Of a stretch of 64,000 nucleotides of DNA, positions 49,543 to 59,857 are shown piece after piece. The notes under the pieces are model-generated. The model was not told the DNA's origin, ran no database searches, and was given only the letters and a program-made list of their open reading frames with translations. Position 1 is the first letter of the stretch, and each line of letters starts with the position of its first letter. The position numbers were made by a program, and so were the translations under genes. Where the stretch lies: the NCBI GenBank assembly GCA_034530615.2, contig JAVRCV020000043.1:32001-96000 (forward strand), written 5' to 3'. The DNA is from Aulosira sp. ZfuVER01 (GTDB lineage Bacteria; Cyanobacteriota; Cyanobacteriia; Cyanobacteriales; Nostocaceae).

Positions 49543-52461
49543 TTAATGCGATAGGCCACTAGGAGGATGGCTACCCCGCTGGCGTTTACGGAGTCGTGCT
49601 TTGCGTAGTTCTTCTGCACCTAGTAAAATTGGTGGGCAGACTAGCAAAAATAACCATTGCCAAGGTGTTAATGGTGAAGTAGAGAAGATATGTCGCAGGG
49701 GAGCGATTTCAATAATTGCTAAAATCAACGTCCATTCTGTGGCAATTCCCAGCCAGATGAAAGGATTGGAAAAGAATCCTAATTTAAATATTGAAGTCCG
49801 TTCAGAGCGACAAGCAAAAACGTTGCCATCTTGACAGGCAACGATAATTGCTAAAGTCATAGTGGTAGCTTGGGCATAAATCAAGGCGATCGCTGGATCT
49901 GCGGTGCGAGAAAGAATTGCGGGAGCGATCGCTTGCAATGATGCCAAGTTGTAACCATAGCTTTGCCAAACCATGAAGAAGCCAATCATCCCCAATGTTG
50001 CTTCGATCAATCCTAAGAAACAGTAAGCACGCAAGAGCAAAGAGCGATCGAGGAGTTGTTTGGATTTAGCACGGGGTGGCAACTGCATTGTACCTGCTTC
50101 GGCACGTTCGGCTCCCAATGCTAGGGCTGGTATGATATCGGTTCCCAAATCCACGATCAGAATTTGCATAATGATCAACGCTGGGGGAATTTTTAAGGCA
50201 ACCATTGCCAGAAATGGCACGAGTTCGGCAACATTGGATGCCAAAATGTAAGTCATAAACTTGCGAATATTCTGATATACAGAGCGCCCTTGCTCGATCG
50301 CCGCTACAATCGTGGCAAAGTTGTCATCTGTCAGCACAATGTCTGCGGCTTCCCTGGCGACATCTGTACCGTTCAACCCCATCGCAATCCCGATGTTGGC
50401 AGCACGGAGAGCAGGCGCATCGTTCACGCCATCGCCTGTGACTGCCACTACTTCCCCGATATCTTTGTAAGCTTGTACTAAACGCAGTTTGTGTTCTGGT
50501 GACATTCGCGCAAAAACTAAACCAAAGCGATATTTGACAATTTGCCGTAGTTGTGCATCAGAAAGATGTCCCATGCCTTCACCTGTGACGACGCGCACTC
50601 GATCGCTAACCAGACCGATGTTGCGGGCGATCGCTTCCGCAGTCAGTCCATAATCACCAGTCACCATTGTGACTTTGATACCAGCTTGATGACATTTGGC
50701 GATCGCATCCCTCACTTCCTCTCGGGGTGGATCGAACATGGCCACCAAACCGATAAAAATCAGGTTTTGCTCTAAATCCTGTGCCTTGAGATCCAGCAAC
50801 TCTTGGCTACCCCGGCGCGCCGCCAGCCCCAAGACGCGAAATCCCTGCCTAGCCAAATCATCATTCGCCTGCACAACATCATCCCAAGCCTCATGGCTTA
50901 ATTCCTGCACCTCACCATTGTGCAGAACTGTATGGCAGTGCCTCAAAACTTCCAAGGGGGCACCTTTGGTAAATGCTAGATAGGGAGATGCATCTGGCCA
51001 TAACTCCGCAGCTTGCCAATTTAGCACCACTGTCATCATCCGGCGGCGGGAATCAAAGGGAATTTCCCGCAAGCGCGGTAACTGCTGCTGTAAATTTTCT
51101 AAATTGAGTCCGGCTTTAGCCGCTACCACTAGCAACGCTGCTTCCGTCGGATCGCCAATTTCTTGCCAGCGGCTAGGAGCAGTGAGATGAACCAAGCGGG
51201 CGTTAGAACAAAGGGCAGAGCCGATGAGTAAAAGATTTGCTTTCCACCTTACAGTAGCATCTGATGGCAAATTGACCTTACCAATTGTGGGATCGTAGCC
51301 TGCCCCTGTGACCTCAATCAAGGCATTGGGACTAGAAGGATGAGACTGCTGAGGTAGCCACAAATAGCGCACTGTCATTTCATTTTTCGTCAATGTGCCT
51401 GTCTTATCGGTGCAAATCACAGTTGTGGCGCTCAGGGTTTCTACCGATGAAAGTCGCCGCACCAGGGCATTCCGCCGTGCCATCCGGCGCACACCGATCG
51501 CCAAGGATAAGGTGACAGTCGGTAATAATCCTTCTGGCACAAGTGCGACGATGATGCCAATGGCAAAAATGAAGCTTTCTTTGACCTCTATGCCCACTAA
51601 GAAGTACGCTAGCAAAAATACAAGAATTCCCATACTGACAGCGATCGCAGTGATGATGCGGACGATGCTGGCAACTTGAACTTCCAAAGTGCTGGGTTCC
51701 CGCTTTACCACTGTTGTCAAATGAGCTACTTGTCCAAACTCGGTTTGGGCGCCTGTAGCATAAACCACGGCAACGGCGCGTCCTGCTGCTACAGTCGAGC
51801 CTGCTAAAACAAGGTTGGCAATTTCCGATGGATTCACCCGTTCTTGTATCGGCTGTTCCCCTGGACGTAGCAAGGTTTTCCCGCCACGAATCGGCACTGC
51901 CTCCCGCAGTCGCACCGGGTAAGCACTTCGCCCCACAGGCAGAGACTCCCCCGTCATCACCGATACATCTAAATACAAATTATCGGCAGATACCAAACGT
52001 GCGTCAGCAGAAATGCGATCGCCTTCTTCTAGCTGCATGACATCGCCACGCACCAACTCCCGTGCGGGTATTTGCTTGAGTTCGCCATCCCGATACACTT
52101 TCACCTGCATCGGCAATACTTTTTTCAAAGCTGCTAGCGCTTGTTCTGCTTGGAACTCTTGCCAAAAGCTAAAGATAGCGTTAATCCAGATTACTGCCCA
52201 AATTGCCCAGCCGAGTTCAGGTGTCCGAGAAATAAACGCTAAAATCCCTGCAACCCATAGCAGCAAAGCCATGAAATGGGTCAATTGGTCGGTAAAACGC
52301 AGCCATAGGGGACGATGAGCCGGTTCGGGTAACTCGTTTGCGCCGAATTGTGCAAATCTTCGTTCGGCTTCATCTGCCGATAAACCATCAGTAGCGCTGC
52401 CTAGGTACTCATAAACTTCTTCTACAGGTAATGCCCAGATAGGTTGATGAGGAGATGCCAT
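49543..52461 (-). CDS. Cation-transporting P-type ATPase (type II); start re-assigned to MASPHQ at 52461
   Basis: TGES, PEGL, DKTGTLT, KGAP, TGD, GDGVNDAP. Confidence 0.95.
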   Translation of the reverse strand: MASPHQPIWALPVEEVYEYLGSATDGLSADEAERRFAQFGANELPEPAHRPLWLRFTDQLTHFMALLLWVAGILAFISRTPELGWAIWAVIWINAIFSFWQEFQAEQALAALKKVLPMQVKVYRDGELKQIPARELVRGDVMQLEEGDRISADARLVSADNLYLDVSVMTGESLPVGRSAYPVRLREAVPIRGGKTLLRPGEQPIQERVNPSEIANLVLAGSTVAAGRAVAVVYATGAQTEFGQVAHLTTVVKREPSTLEVQVASIVRIITAIAVSMGILVFLLAYFLVGIEVKESFIFAIGIIVALVPEGLLPTVTLSLAIGVRRMARRNALVRRLSSVETLSATTVICTDKTGTLTKNEMTVRYLWLPQQSHPSSPNALIEVTGAGYDPTIGKVNLPSDATVRWKANLLLIGSALCSNARLVHLTAPSRWQEIGDPTEAALLVVAAKAGLNLENLQQQLPRLREIPFDSRRRMMTVVLNWQAAELWPDASPYLAFTKGAPLEVLRHCHTVLHNGEVQELSHEAWDDVVQANDDLARQGFRVLGLAARRGSQELLDLKAQDLEQNLIFIGLVAMFDPPREEVRDAIAKCHQAGIKVTMVTGDYGLTAEAIARNIGLVSDRVRVVTGEGMGHLSDAQLRQIVKYRFGLVFARMSPEHKLRLVQAYKDIGEVVAVTGDGVNDAPALRAANIGIAMGLNGTDVAREAADIVLTDDNFATIVAAIEQGRSVYQNIRKFMTYILASNVAELVPFLAMVALKIPPALIIMQILIVDLGTDIIPALALGAERAEAGTMQLPPRAKSKQLLDRSLLLRAYCFLGLIEATLGMIGFFMVWQSYGYNLASLQAIAPAILSRTADPAIALIYAQATTMTLAIIVACQDGNVFACRSERTSIFKLGFFSNPFIWLGIATEWTLILAIIEIAPLRHIFSTSPLTPWQWLFLLVCPPILLGAEELRKARLRKRQRGSHPPSGLSH

Positions 52462-52508
52462 GATCTTCTTTCGGTGTTGGGTGAATGAGAAGGCAGAGGG
52501 CAGATGGT

Positions 52509-52598
52509 GAGCCACTGCGGTGGACGGGTTCCCCGACATAAAGGAGGCAGTGCGTTGGGCGGCTTTGCCGACTTGAAGCAACTGCCGTCAAGTGACGA
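52509..52598. repeat. 45-bp structured dispersed repeat nested inside another member of the same family
   Basis: Outer 52509-52543 + 52589-52598; inner 52544-52588; both 45 nt and alignable. Confidence 0.8.
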
Positions 52599-52861
52599 AC
52601 CCGAAGGGCAGAAGGGGAAGAGGAAAGAAAAAGCCTTTAACCTTCCAAAACAGATTTACAGTTCAAAATGCTTAACTGAGTAGTATTGGAAGGGTAAGTT
52701 TTTTATCCTGGTTCACTGATTTTTAAATAGTTATATTTATTTTTGCATTTACATTTAATTGCAAAAGGCAGTTGAGAGGAAGGAATTTTCCCGACTATGC
52801 CTGAAAAATGTATATTTCCTTCTGCCTTCTGCCATCTGCCTTTACTCTCTGCCTTTATCGT

Positions 52862-53269
52862 TCACAATTTTATCTTGATTACATCCTCTAATAAACCCAA
52901 GTTTTCTGCTTGTTTAAATGCATCTTCTAAAGACATACCTTGTTTAGTGGCGATATACATTAATACCATTGCGATCGCCCGCACTGCACTATCACAATGA
53001 ATCAACGTCGGCTTGGGCAGTTCGGCAATTTTATGAAATACCTGGAGTGCTATTTGCGGATTAATTTCTGTCAGCTTTGTAGGCAGATTCGCGTAATGTA
53101 ATCCTAGTAATTGAGTATAAAGTTGCTCGCTGTCTTGAAAACCTTGTTCATCAGGCGATCGCAAGTTGAGTACAGATTTATATCCCTGCTGGGCAAGTTG
53201 TTTTAATTCTTCGGGAGCAATTTGTCCGGCGATCGCCAATTCATCGTTAATTTTTTTGATTGTATCCAT
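52862..53269 (-). CDS. DUF442 / phosphatase-like (rhodanese-related) protein
   Basis: AGQI, GYKSVLNLRSPDE, PTLIHCDSAVRA. Confidence 0.8.
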   Translation of the reverse strand: MDTIKKINDELAIAGQIAPEELKQLAQQGYKSVLNLRSPDEQGFQDSEQLYTQLLGLHYANLPTKLTEINPQIALQVFHKIAELPKPTLIHCDSAVRAIAMVLMYIATKQGMSLEDAFKQAENLGLLEDVIKIKL

Positions 53270-53438
53270 CCCTCCCTCCTCCCTAGTTGTGAGTAATATA
53301 TTAAAGAAGTTATATTATGTCCTTGAAATTATCGATCAGCAACAAAGAGATTTACTGCAAAACTGTGCTTTGTATAGCTAATATCTAGCTTTGAATAGCA
53401 AAGACATAATATTCTTCCTTAATCCAACTCACTAAAAA

Positions 53439-53618
53439 TCAATAACGTTTATTTTTAGCAGGAGGGTCGCCTTCGTATGGTTGTACTCCTGACTCTGGAT
53501 AGTTATCGTCACTTGGTCTAAAAGCTCTTGTGGCCGAGCTATAAATAGAGTCAATTACCCCAGCTATCGGTGTGATAATTGTGCGTAGTGTTTCTCTCAT
53601 TTTAGTTTTAAAAGACAT
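53439..53618 (-). CDS. Small hypothetical protein
   Basis: RAFRPSDDNYPESGVQPYEGDP motif; GAGGAG RBS. Confidence 0.7.
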   Translation of the reverse strand: MSFKTKMRETLRTIITPIAGVIDSIYSSATRAFRPSDDNYPESGVQPYEGDPPAKNKRY

Positions 53619-53689
53619 AAATTTTCTCCTCAATTAATCAAAACTTGTATTTGAAACTTTACTAACCCAAACTAGCGAACATTAGAGCG

Positions 53690-53875
53690 TTACTTATTCC
53701 AGCAATCTTCTAATATCTGAACCGAATCAAGATGCCAACAACGCTCTAGTAGCTGGATTTTGTAATCGTTCCAAAACTGGAAAGGATTTAAAACAGTTGT
53801 TTTACTAAAAACTGGCTGTTTGAGAAATAGCCATAATGGAAAGTGAAGTTTTATTGAGTAAGTTTTAGTCAGCAT
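53690..53875 (-). CDS. Small hypothetical protein
   Basis: FPLWLFLKQPVF...LNPFQFW...LLERCW...LEDCW. Confidence 0.65.
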   Translation of the reverse strand: MLTKTYSIKLHFPLWLFLKQPVFSKTTVLNPFQFWNDYKIQLLERCWHLDSVQILEDCWNK

Positions 53876-53912
53876 GGTAATTTCCAATATGGTGATATAT
53901 AGGTTGAATATT

Positions 53913-54617
53913 TCAAGAAATTGAAAAATCTTCAGCAAACTGTTTTCTGGTTAAAGGTTCTGTCAAACTGACACCTTCACCACCAAGTGGATAATTGTCA
54001 TCTAGCAATTGACCTTCGATTGAGATAAAAACTTTATCTTTTGGATCGAGACTACTGGCTGTATATAGCACTTGAGCAACCCGATAAATCATCGAGCTAC
54101 TACCACCCCCAGACCTAAATTCACTCGACAAATTGACGTGAATTCCTGTTTTAGAGATCTGCAAAGCTAATAACTTAGTACCTGCGGGAATTGTGGTACT
54201 TAAATTATTAGTTTTAGGACTGCTAAGAAGATTGTTAAGTGCTTCTTTGATCGCCAATTCCTTGGATGCGCCCTGAGTGACAGTAACTAATTGAGGAGCT
54301 AAATGAAGTTGCGTACCTTCAACTGTTAACCAATAAGTTTGAGGTTGTAACTGTATTGCTTTTGTGTTGGCTTTTGGCGCTAATGTTTGTGTTGTTGTCG
54401 GTATATTCGTCTGCTCTTGTGGTAGAGGAACTGTGGTTTTGGGAATTGTTGAGACAGGAGGCTGCTCTATTTGGGAAGGAACGGTAAGTTGTTTAACAGA
54501 GCTGGGTTTTGTGGCTTGCCAAGTCCACCAAGCGGTTCCTCCGACTACGGTTAACAGGAGTAGCGCAAAACCGATTAGAACCTCCTTTTGCTTTGAATGA
54601 TTATTTTGGGTTTTCAT
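53913..54617 (-). CDS. GerMN-domain membrane-anchored protein
   Basis: TM anchor, Pro/Thr linker, TIPAGTKLL, VNLS.EF.SGGGS, QVLYTA. Confidence 0.88.
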   Translation of the reverse strand: MKTQNNHSKQKEVLIGFALLLLTVVGGTAWWTWQATKPSSVKQLTVPSQIEQPPVSTIPKTTVPLPQEQTNIPTTTQTLAPKANTKAIQLQPQTYWLTVEGTQLHLAPQLVTVTQGASKELAIKEALNNLLSSPKTNNLSTTIPAGTKLLALQISKTGIHVNLSSEFRSGGGSSSMIYRVAQVLYTASSLDPKDKVFISIEGQLLDDNYPLGGEGVSLTEPLTRKQFAEDFSIS

Positions 54618-54807
54618 GGCTAGCTCCTGCAAATTAAGATAATTTAAAGAATTTTTATCAATAGCAAACCTTTTGCTACATTCCAAATTGAAATTCTTGC
54701 TGCTGGTGCAGGTGCGCCTACCTCAGTAGCAGTGCAGCTATTCATTGTCTCTTCCATACTTGGATAGTGAGCCAATGTCGGCTGTACTCTCAAGTTAGGA
54801 AAAAAAT

Positions 54808-54942
54808 TTGAGGAACTTGTGAGGGAAGCTTGATTTGATAAAGATTAATAAAATTTCTTGATAGGAAGATTTTTTACACGTCACCGCGTCATCACGCCAC
54901 CGCGTCTTGTTTGTAAAATCCCCATCCTCACAATTTCCTCAA
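54808..54942. promoter_or_regulatory. Mirror-image 17-bp motif pair in the divergent GerMN/hoxE promoter region
   Basis: TTGAGGAACTTGTGAGG (54808-54824) is the reverse complement (16/17) of CCTCACAATTTCCTCAA (54926-54942). Confidence 0.6.
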
Positions 54943-55033
54943 CTTATTACTCTATAAACTTAAATACAAGGCTGCTCTCAGCCTGAAATTGTGTCGGCAG
55001 CTATCTCGAACTTCTGATAAAAAGGCTCAAATC

Positions 55034-55573
55034 ATGAATTCAGCATCCGCTGCTCAAACAGACAAAACTACAAAAGCACCTTTAGCAACACACGCCAGCG
55101 GTGATAAACGCTTTAAGATGCTGGATGCAACTATCAAACGCTACCAGTATCAGCAAGATGCACTGATTGAAGTACTGCATAAAGCGCAAGAACTTTTTGG
55201 TTACTTAGAAACTGATGTATTATATTACGTTGCCCACAGTCTAAAATTACCGCCCAGCCGAGTTTATGGAGTTGCCACTTTCTACCATCTATTTTCACTA
55301 GCACCTAGTGGCGCGCATACCTGCGTGGTGTGTACAGGTACAGCCTGTTATGTCAAAGGCGCTCAAGCTATTCTCACAGAAGTAGAACAGTCTGCCCACA
55401 TCCATGCTGGTGAAACTACACCTGATAGTCAACTATCATTACTAACAGCCAGGTGTTTAGGTGCGTGTGGAATTGCACCTGCGGTAGTTTTTGATGGCAC
55501 AGTATTAGGTAATCAAACTGCTGACTCAGTATGCGATCGCATTAAAGGATGGCTTAAAGATGGATCTAGCTGA
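55034..55573 (+). CDS. hoxE: Bidirectional hydrogenase diaphorase subunit HoxE
   Basis: [34 protein letters not shown] 2Fe-2S ligands. Confidence 0.95.
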   Translation: MNSASAAQTDKTTKAPLATHASGDKRFKMLDATIKRYQYQQDALIEVLHKAQELFGYLETDVLYYVAHSLKLPPSRVYGVATFYHLFSLAPSGAHTCVVCTGTACYVKGAQAILTEVEQSAHIHAGETTPDSQLSLLTARCLGACGIAPAVVFDGTVLGNQTADSVCDRIKGWLKDGSS

Positions 55574-57179
55574 ATTACAGGAAATCGCCCAAAAAGAACG
55601 CGCTGGCGAAAAACCCGTGCAAATTCGCTGTTGTGTTGCGGCTGGTTGTCTCTCAGCCAATTCCCAAAACGTCAAACAGCGCTTAGAAGCATCTGTCACA
55701 GATGCAGGGTTAGAAGAACAGGTGCAAGTAACTGGGGTTGGCTGTATGCGCTTGTGCTGTAACGGGCCATTAGTGGAAGTTAAGGAGAAGAACACAGATA
55801 GTCTAGGCACACTTTACGAAAAAGTCACTCCTGAAGATGCACCATCAATTATCGCTGCGCTTGGTGGAGAAGAGACAACAGTTCAAAAAGGCGATTTAGC
55901 CCATCCATTTTTTACCTACCAAATGCCGATTGTTTTAGAAAACAGTGGCAAAGTCGATCCCGAACGCATTCAATCTTATATTGCAGCTAAAGGTTATCAA
56001 GCGCTTTATCATGTACTGCGGGAAATGACTCCGGCGGAAGTGGTAGATGCAGTAACTCGTAGTGGTTTACGGGGAAGAGGTGGTGCTGGTTATCCTACAG
56101 GAGTGAAATGGGCGACAGTTGCAAAAGCGAAAGGCGATCGCAAATTTGTCATCTGTAACGCCGATGAAGGCGATCCAGGTGCATTTATGGATCGCAGCGT
56201 TCTCGAAAGCGATCCCCATCGAGTTTTAGAAGGAATGGCGATCGCAGCTTATGCTGTCGGTGCTAATCAAGGCTATATCTACATCCGCGCCGAATATCCC
56301 GTTGCTATTAACCGCCTGCAAACTGCTATTCGCCAAGCACAACGTCTCGGCATTTTGGGCAGTCAAATCTTCGACTCCCGTTTTGATTTTAAAATTGATA
56401 TCCGCATTGGTGCGGGTGCTTATGTTTGCGGTGAAGAAACTGCACTCATGGCTTCTATTGAAGGTAAACGCGGTCTTCCCGAACCCCGTCCCCCTTATCC
56501 TGCTGAGTCTGGTTTGTGGGGATATCCTACCTTAATTAACAATGTGGAAACCTACGCCAATATTTCACCGATTATTCGCAAAGGTGCTGATTGGTTTGCC
56601 AGCATTGGGACAGAAAAGAGCAAGGGGACAAAAGTTTTTGCACTTGCAGGTAAAATCCGTAACACAGGTTTAATCGAAGTGCCGATGGGAACCCCATTAC
56701 ACCGGATTGTCGAAGAAATGGGTGGTGGCGTACCAGATGGCGGTGTAGTCAAAGCAGTACAAACAGGCGGCCCTTCTGGGGGATGTATCCCCGCATCAGC
56801 TTTTGATAGTCCGGTAGATTACGAATCCCTCACGCAACTGGGTTCAATGATGGGTTCTGGCGGCATGATTGTCATGGATGACAGTACCAATATGGTGGAT
56901 GTCGCCCGCTTTTTTATGGAATTTTGCATGGATGAATCCTGCGGAAAGTGCATTCCCTGTCGGGTTGGGACTGTGCAATTGCATCAGTTATTGACCAAAA
57001 TTCGGTCAGGTAAAGCCTCAATGGCTGACTTGGAACTCCTGGAAGAATTATGTGACATGGTGAAGCATACCAGCTTATGCGGTCTTGGTCAGTCTGCACC
57101 CAATCCGGTATTTAGTACATTGCGTTATTTCCGAGATGAGTATTTAGCTTTGATTCAAGAAGCCGCCAAATCTAAATAG
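55560..57179 (+). CDS. hoxF: Bidirectional hydrogenase diaphorase subunit HoxF
   Basis: [45 protein letters not shown]. Confidence 0.95.
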   Translation: MDLAELQEIAQKERAGEKPVQIRCCVAAGCLSANSQNVKQRLEASVTDAGLEEQVQVTGVGCMRLCCNGPLVEVKEKNTDSLGTLYEKVTPEDAPSIIAALGGEETTVQKGDLAHPFFTYQMPIVLENSGKVDPERIQSYIAAKGYQALYHVLREMTPAEVVDAVTRSGLRGRGGAGYPTGVKWATVAKAKGDRKFVICNADEGDPGAFMDRSVLESDPHRVLEGMAIAAYAVGANQGYIYIRAEYPVAINRLQTAIRQAQRLGILGSQIFDSRFDFKIDIRIGAGAYVCGEETALMASIEGKRGLPEPRPPYPAESGLWGYPTLINNVETYANISPIIRKGADWFASIGTEKSKGTKVFALAGKIRNTGLIEVPMGTPLHRIVEEMGGGVPDGGVVKAVQTGGPSGGCIPASAFDSPVDYESLTQLGSMMGSGGMIVMDDSTNMVDVARFFMEFCMDESCGKCIPCRVGTVQLHQLLTKIRSGKASMADLELLEELCDMVKHTSLCGLGQSAPNPVFSTLRYFRDEYLALIQEAAKSK

Positions 57180-57339
57180 TCGAGCCAAATGTTGACTTAA
57201 ATATTTCTCAACATTATTGATGCAAGGTTAGCGATCGTACCCAGCAATTAATTGAACAATCAGCCATAAGTAGATAACTAGTACTTCAGTGCAGCTTGAA
57301 ATTAAATTAAAGCCACATCCTTGAAATAAGGAGGCGGAA

Positions 57340-58041
57340 ATGATTAATTTTTTTCAGCGCCATAAGCAAAAGTGTAAAAAGTGCAAAAAAGAGTTTAAGA
57401 AAGCACAACTTTCAGAGGGTATTTGTCAAGAATGCCAAAAACTTGGAATACCTGCTAAATCTACATGGCAAAGATGTACTCATTGCAGTATATTCTTTCC
57501 TGCGCTGCAACTTTCTGATACCTTATGTCCAGCATGTCAAAAATTATTTCAGAAAGCAGAAAAATCTGATTTTTATCCACCCATATATGAGCCTTATGGT
57601 AAAGGCTATCCTCATGTTCCTATACAGCCACTGTCAGATTGGGTAGATCTAGGCTGCCAACAACCAAAAAGACATGAGAATAGAGAAAAATGTATTTGTT
57701 GTCAAAAATCATTCTTTGAATGGCAACTTTCGCATGGTTTATGCCCAAATTGCCAAAATATACCACAAGCACAATGTGCTCATTGCGGTAAATGGTTTTT
57801 TGAGTCAGAACTGTCAAATGGTTTCTGTTGCAAGTGTAAATTCAAAAGTTGGAGAAACCGAAGAATTTGCGATCGTTGTCATAAATTGGTTTTCCAGTCA
57901 GAACTTTCAAACGGTTTATGTTTAAAGTGCCAATCTCAAGACTTAAAAAAGCAAGCAATTTGTGTTGGTTGTCATGAATGGTTTTTGATGTCAGAACTGA
58001 GAAATGGTTTATGTTTTAAGTGTCAACTCAAAGGATTGTGA
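57340..58041 (+). CDS. Cys-rich protein with six C-x2-C-x13-C-x2-C repeats (putative multi-zinc-finger)
   Basis: Six aligned repeats with F..xxLSxGxC consensus; AAGGAGG RBS. Confidence 0.8.
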   Translation: MINFFQRHKQKCKKCKKEFKKAQLSEGICQECQKLGIPAKSTWQRCTHCSIFFPALQLSDTLCPACQKLFQKAEKSDFYPPIYEPYGKGYPHVPIQPLSDWVDLGCQQPKRHENREKCICCQKSFFEWQLSHGLCPNCQNIPQAQCAHCGKWFFESELSNGFCCKCKFKSWRNRRICDRCHKLVFQSELSNGLCLKCQSQDLKKQAICVGCHEWFLMSELRNGLCFKCQLKGL

Positions 58042-58172
58042 CCAAAAATAAAAAGTTTGCTGAAATTCTGGTTTTTTATTTCTAATAGCGAGTTGTGAGA
58101 TTAACCAAGATGATAATTATATTTTTTAAATCTATGTAAATCTAATGCGACTAGAAGTATGAGGGGAATTAA

Positions 58173-59798
58173 ATGACTAACTCAAATCAATACGATGCAA
58201 TTGTGATTGGTTCTGGTATGGGTGGTTTAACTGTTGCTGCTATCCTCTCAAAATTCAATCACAAAAAAGTTCTGATTTTAGAACAACATTTCGTTATTGG
58301 CGGCTACACCCACGAATTTGAACGCGATCGCAAATTCAAATGGGATGTGGGACTCCATTATGTAGGAAATATGGGACAAGGTGAACTCGGACGGACTGTA
58401 TTCGATTACATCACCGATGGCAAATTGCAATGGAGTAAAATGCCAGATCCGTTTGAGAAATTTGTCTATCCTGATTTTACATTTGCCCAATCTTCAGACC
58501 CGCAAAAATTTCAAGCTGACCTGATCGAGATATTTCCAGAGGAACAGACAGCAATTATCAGGTATTTTTCAGATGTGAAAAATACTGCTAAGGTAGGAAC
58601 TTTATCTGGTTTATTAGGTTTTTGGCGTAAATTATTTTTACCCAGAGTCAGCAAAATTTCTCGGTTAACAACTAAAGAATATCTTGACCAGAATTTTGAC
58701 AATCCTACGCTCAAAGCACTGTTAGCTTCTCAATGGGGCGATTATGGTTTACCACCTTCAGAAAGTTCCTTTGTGATTCATGCGATATTAGTTTACCACT
58801 ATCTTAGAGGTGGATACTATCCTGTGGGTGGTGCTGCGGAAATTGCCAAAAATATCATGCCTGTAATTGAAAGAAATGGCGGTCAGGCACTTACTCAACG
58901 TCAAGTAACAGAAATTATTATCAAAGACAATGTAGCTAAAGGTGTAAAAGTCCAAAAGACACACCAATCTGATGCGCCAATTGAAGAATTTTATGCGCCG
59001 ATTATTATTTCTGATGCTGGCGCATTTAATACCTACACTAAGTTAATTCCCGCTACAGTCGAAAACAAATTAGTTGCTAGATACTGCAAAGAAATCCAAG
59101 AATTTCCCAAACCTCACAGCTTATTTACTCTGTATTTAGGATTCAAAGAATCACCTGCAAAGTTGGGGTTTAAAGGTGAAAATTATTGGCTATATTCAGG
59201 TTACGACCACGATCGCACTTTTAAAGAACAAAGCGCTGCACCTCATCAAGGTATTAAAGCCTGTTATCTCTCCTTTGCTTCCCTCAAAGACTCCACCCAA
59301 ACAGCCCACACGGGTCAAATTATTGTCTTTATTGATTACGACTTCTTTACCAAATGGCACAACCAAACTTGGAAGCGAAGAGAACAGGAATATTACAAAC
59401 TCAAAGAAACAATTGCACATCATCTTCTCGATTTTGTTGAGACTCACTATCCTGGTTTCCGAGAATTAATTGAATACAGCGAACTTTCTACACCTCTGAC
59501 TTTGGAATACTTTGACCAAAGCTACAGAGGAGCTGTTTACGGTATCCCTGCTGTACCAGCCAGATTCAACAAAAAATGGATTAGTCCCAAAACTCCGATT
59601 AAAAACCTCTATCTCACTGGAGCAGATGCAGCATTATTTGGCATCATGGGTGCTTTGATGGGTGGTGTTTCTACAGCCGCAGTGCTTAACGAACCGTTTG
59701 GTTTTTCCAAGTTGATAAGCAATTGTTTCCAAGAAAGCGCTCAAGCTCTTAAGCCTAAGGATAATGTGACGGATAAAGCGATGCAACCAAGTTCATAG
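58173..59798 (+). CDS. FAD-dependent oxidoreductase, phytoene desaturase/retinol saturase-like
   Basis: VIGSGMGG, LEQH..GG, WDVGLHY, YPVGG, STPLT, NLYLTGAD. Confidence 0.88.
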   Translation: MTNSNQYDAIVIGSGMGGLTVAAILSKFNHKKVLILEQHFVIGGYTHEFERDRKFKWDVGLHYVGNMGQGELGRTVFDYITDGKLQWSKMPDPFEKFVYPDFTFAQSSDPQKFQADLIEIFPEEQTAIIRYFSDVKNTAKVGTLSGLLGFWRKLFLPRVSKISRLTTKEYLDQNFDNPTLKALLASQWGDYGLPPSESSFVIHAILVYHYLRGGYYPVGGAAEIAKNIMPVIERNGGQALTQRQVTEIIIKDNVAKGVKVQKTHQSDAPIEEFYAPIIISDAGAFNTYTKLIPATVENKLVARYCKEIQEFPKPHSLFTLYLGFKESPAKLGFKGENYWLYSGYDHDRTFKEQSAAPHQGIKACYLSFASLKDSTQTAHTGQIIVFIDYDFFTKWHNQTWKRREQEYYKLKETIAHHLLDFVETHYPGFRELIEYSELSTPLTLEYFDQSYRGAVYGIPAVPARFNKKWISPKTPIKNLYLTGADAALFGIMGALMGGVSTAAVLNEPFGFSKLISNCFQESAQALKPKDNVTDKAMQPSS

Positions 59799-59857
59799 CA
59801 ATTGGGGATTTACATTTGCATAACACCTCTATGGACATCCTTAGGTATTGCTACTGG

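Noticed and set aside
52462..52581. 40-aa N-terminal extension of the P-type ATPase in the ORF track
   Set aside because: It reads through the nested 45-bp repeats; MASPHQ at 52461 is the plausible start
54644..54757. 37-codon minus-strand ORF MEETMNSCTATEVGAPAPAARISIWNVAKGLLLIKIL upstream of the GerMN gene
   Set aside because: Plausible but no motif or other support without a homology search
57860..57980. CxxCH motifs (CDRCH, CVGCH) suggesting a multiheme cytochrome c
   Set aside because: Only 2 of 6 repeats have the His, each pairs with a second CxxC, and there is no export signal
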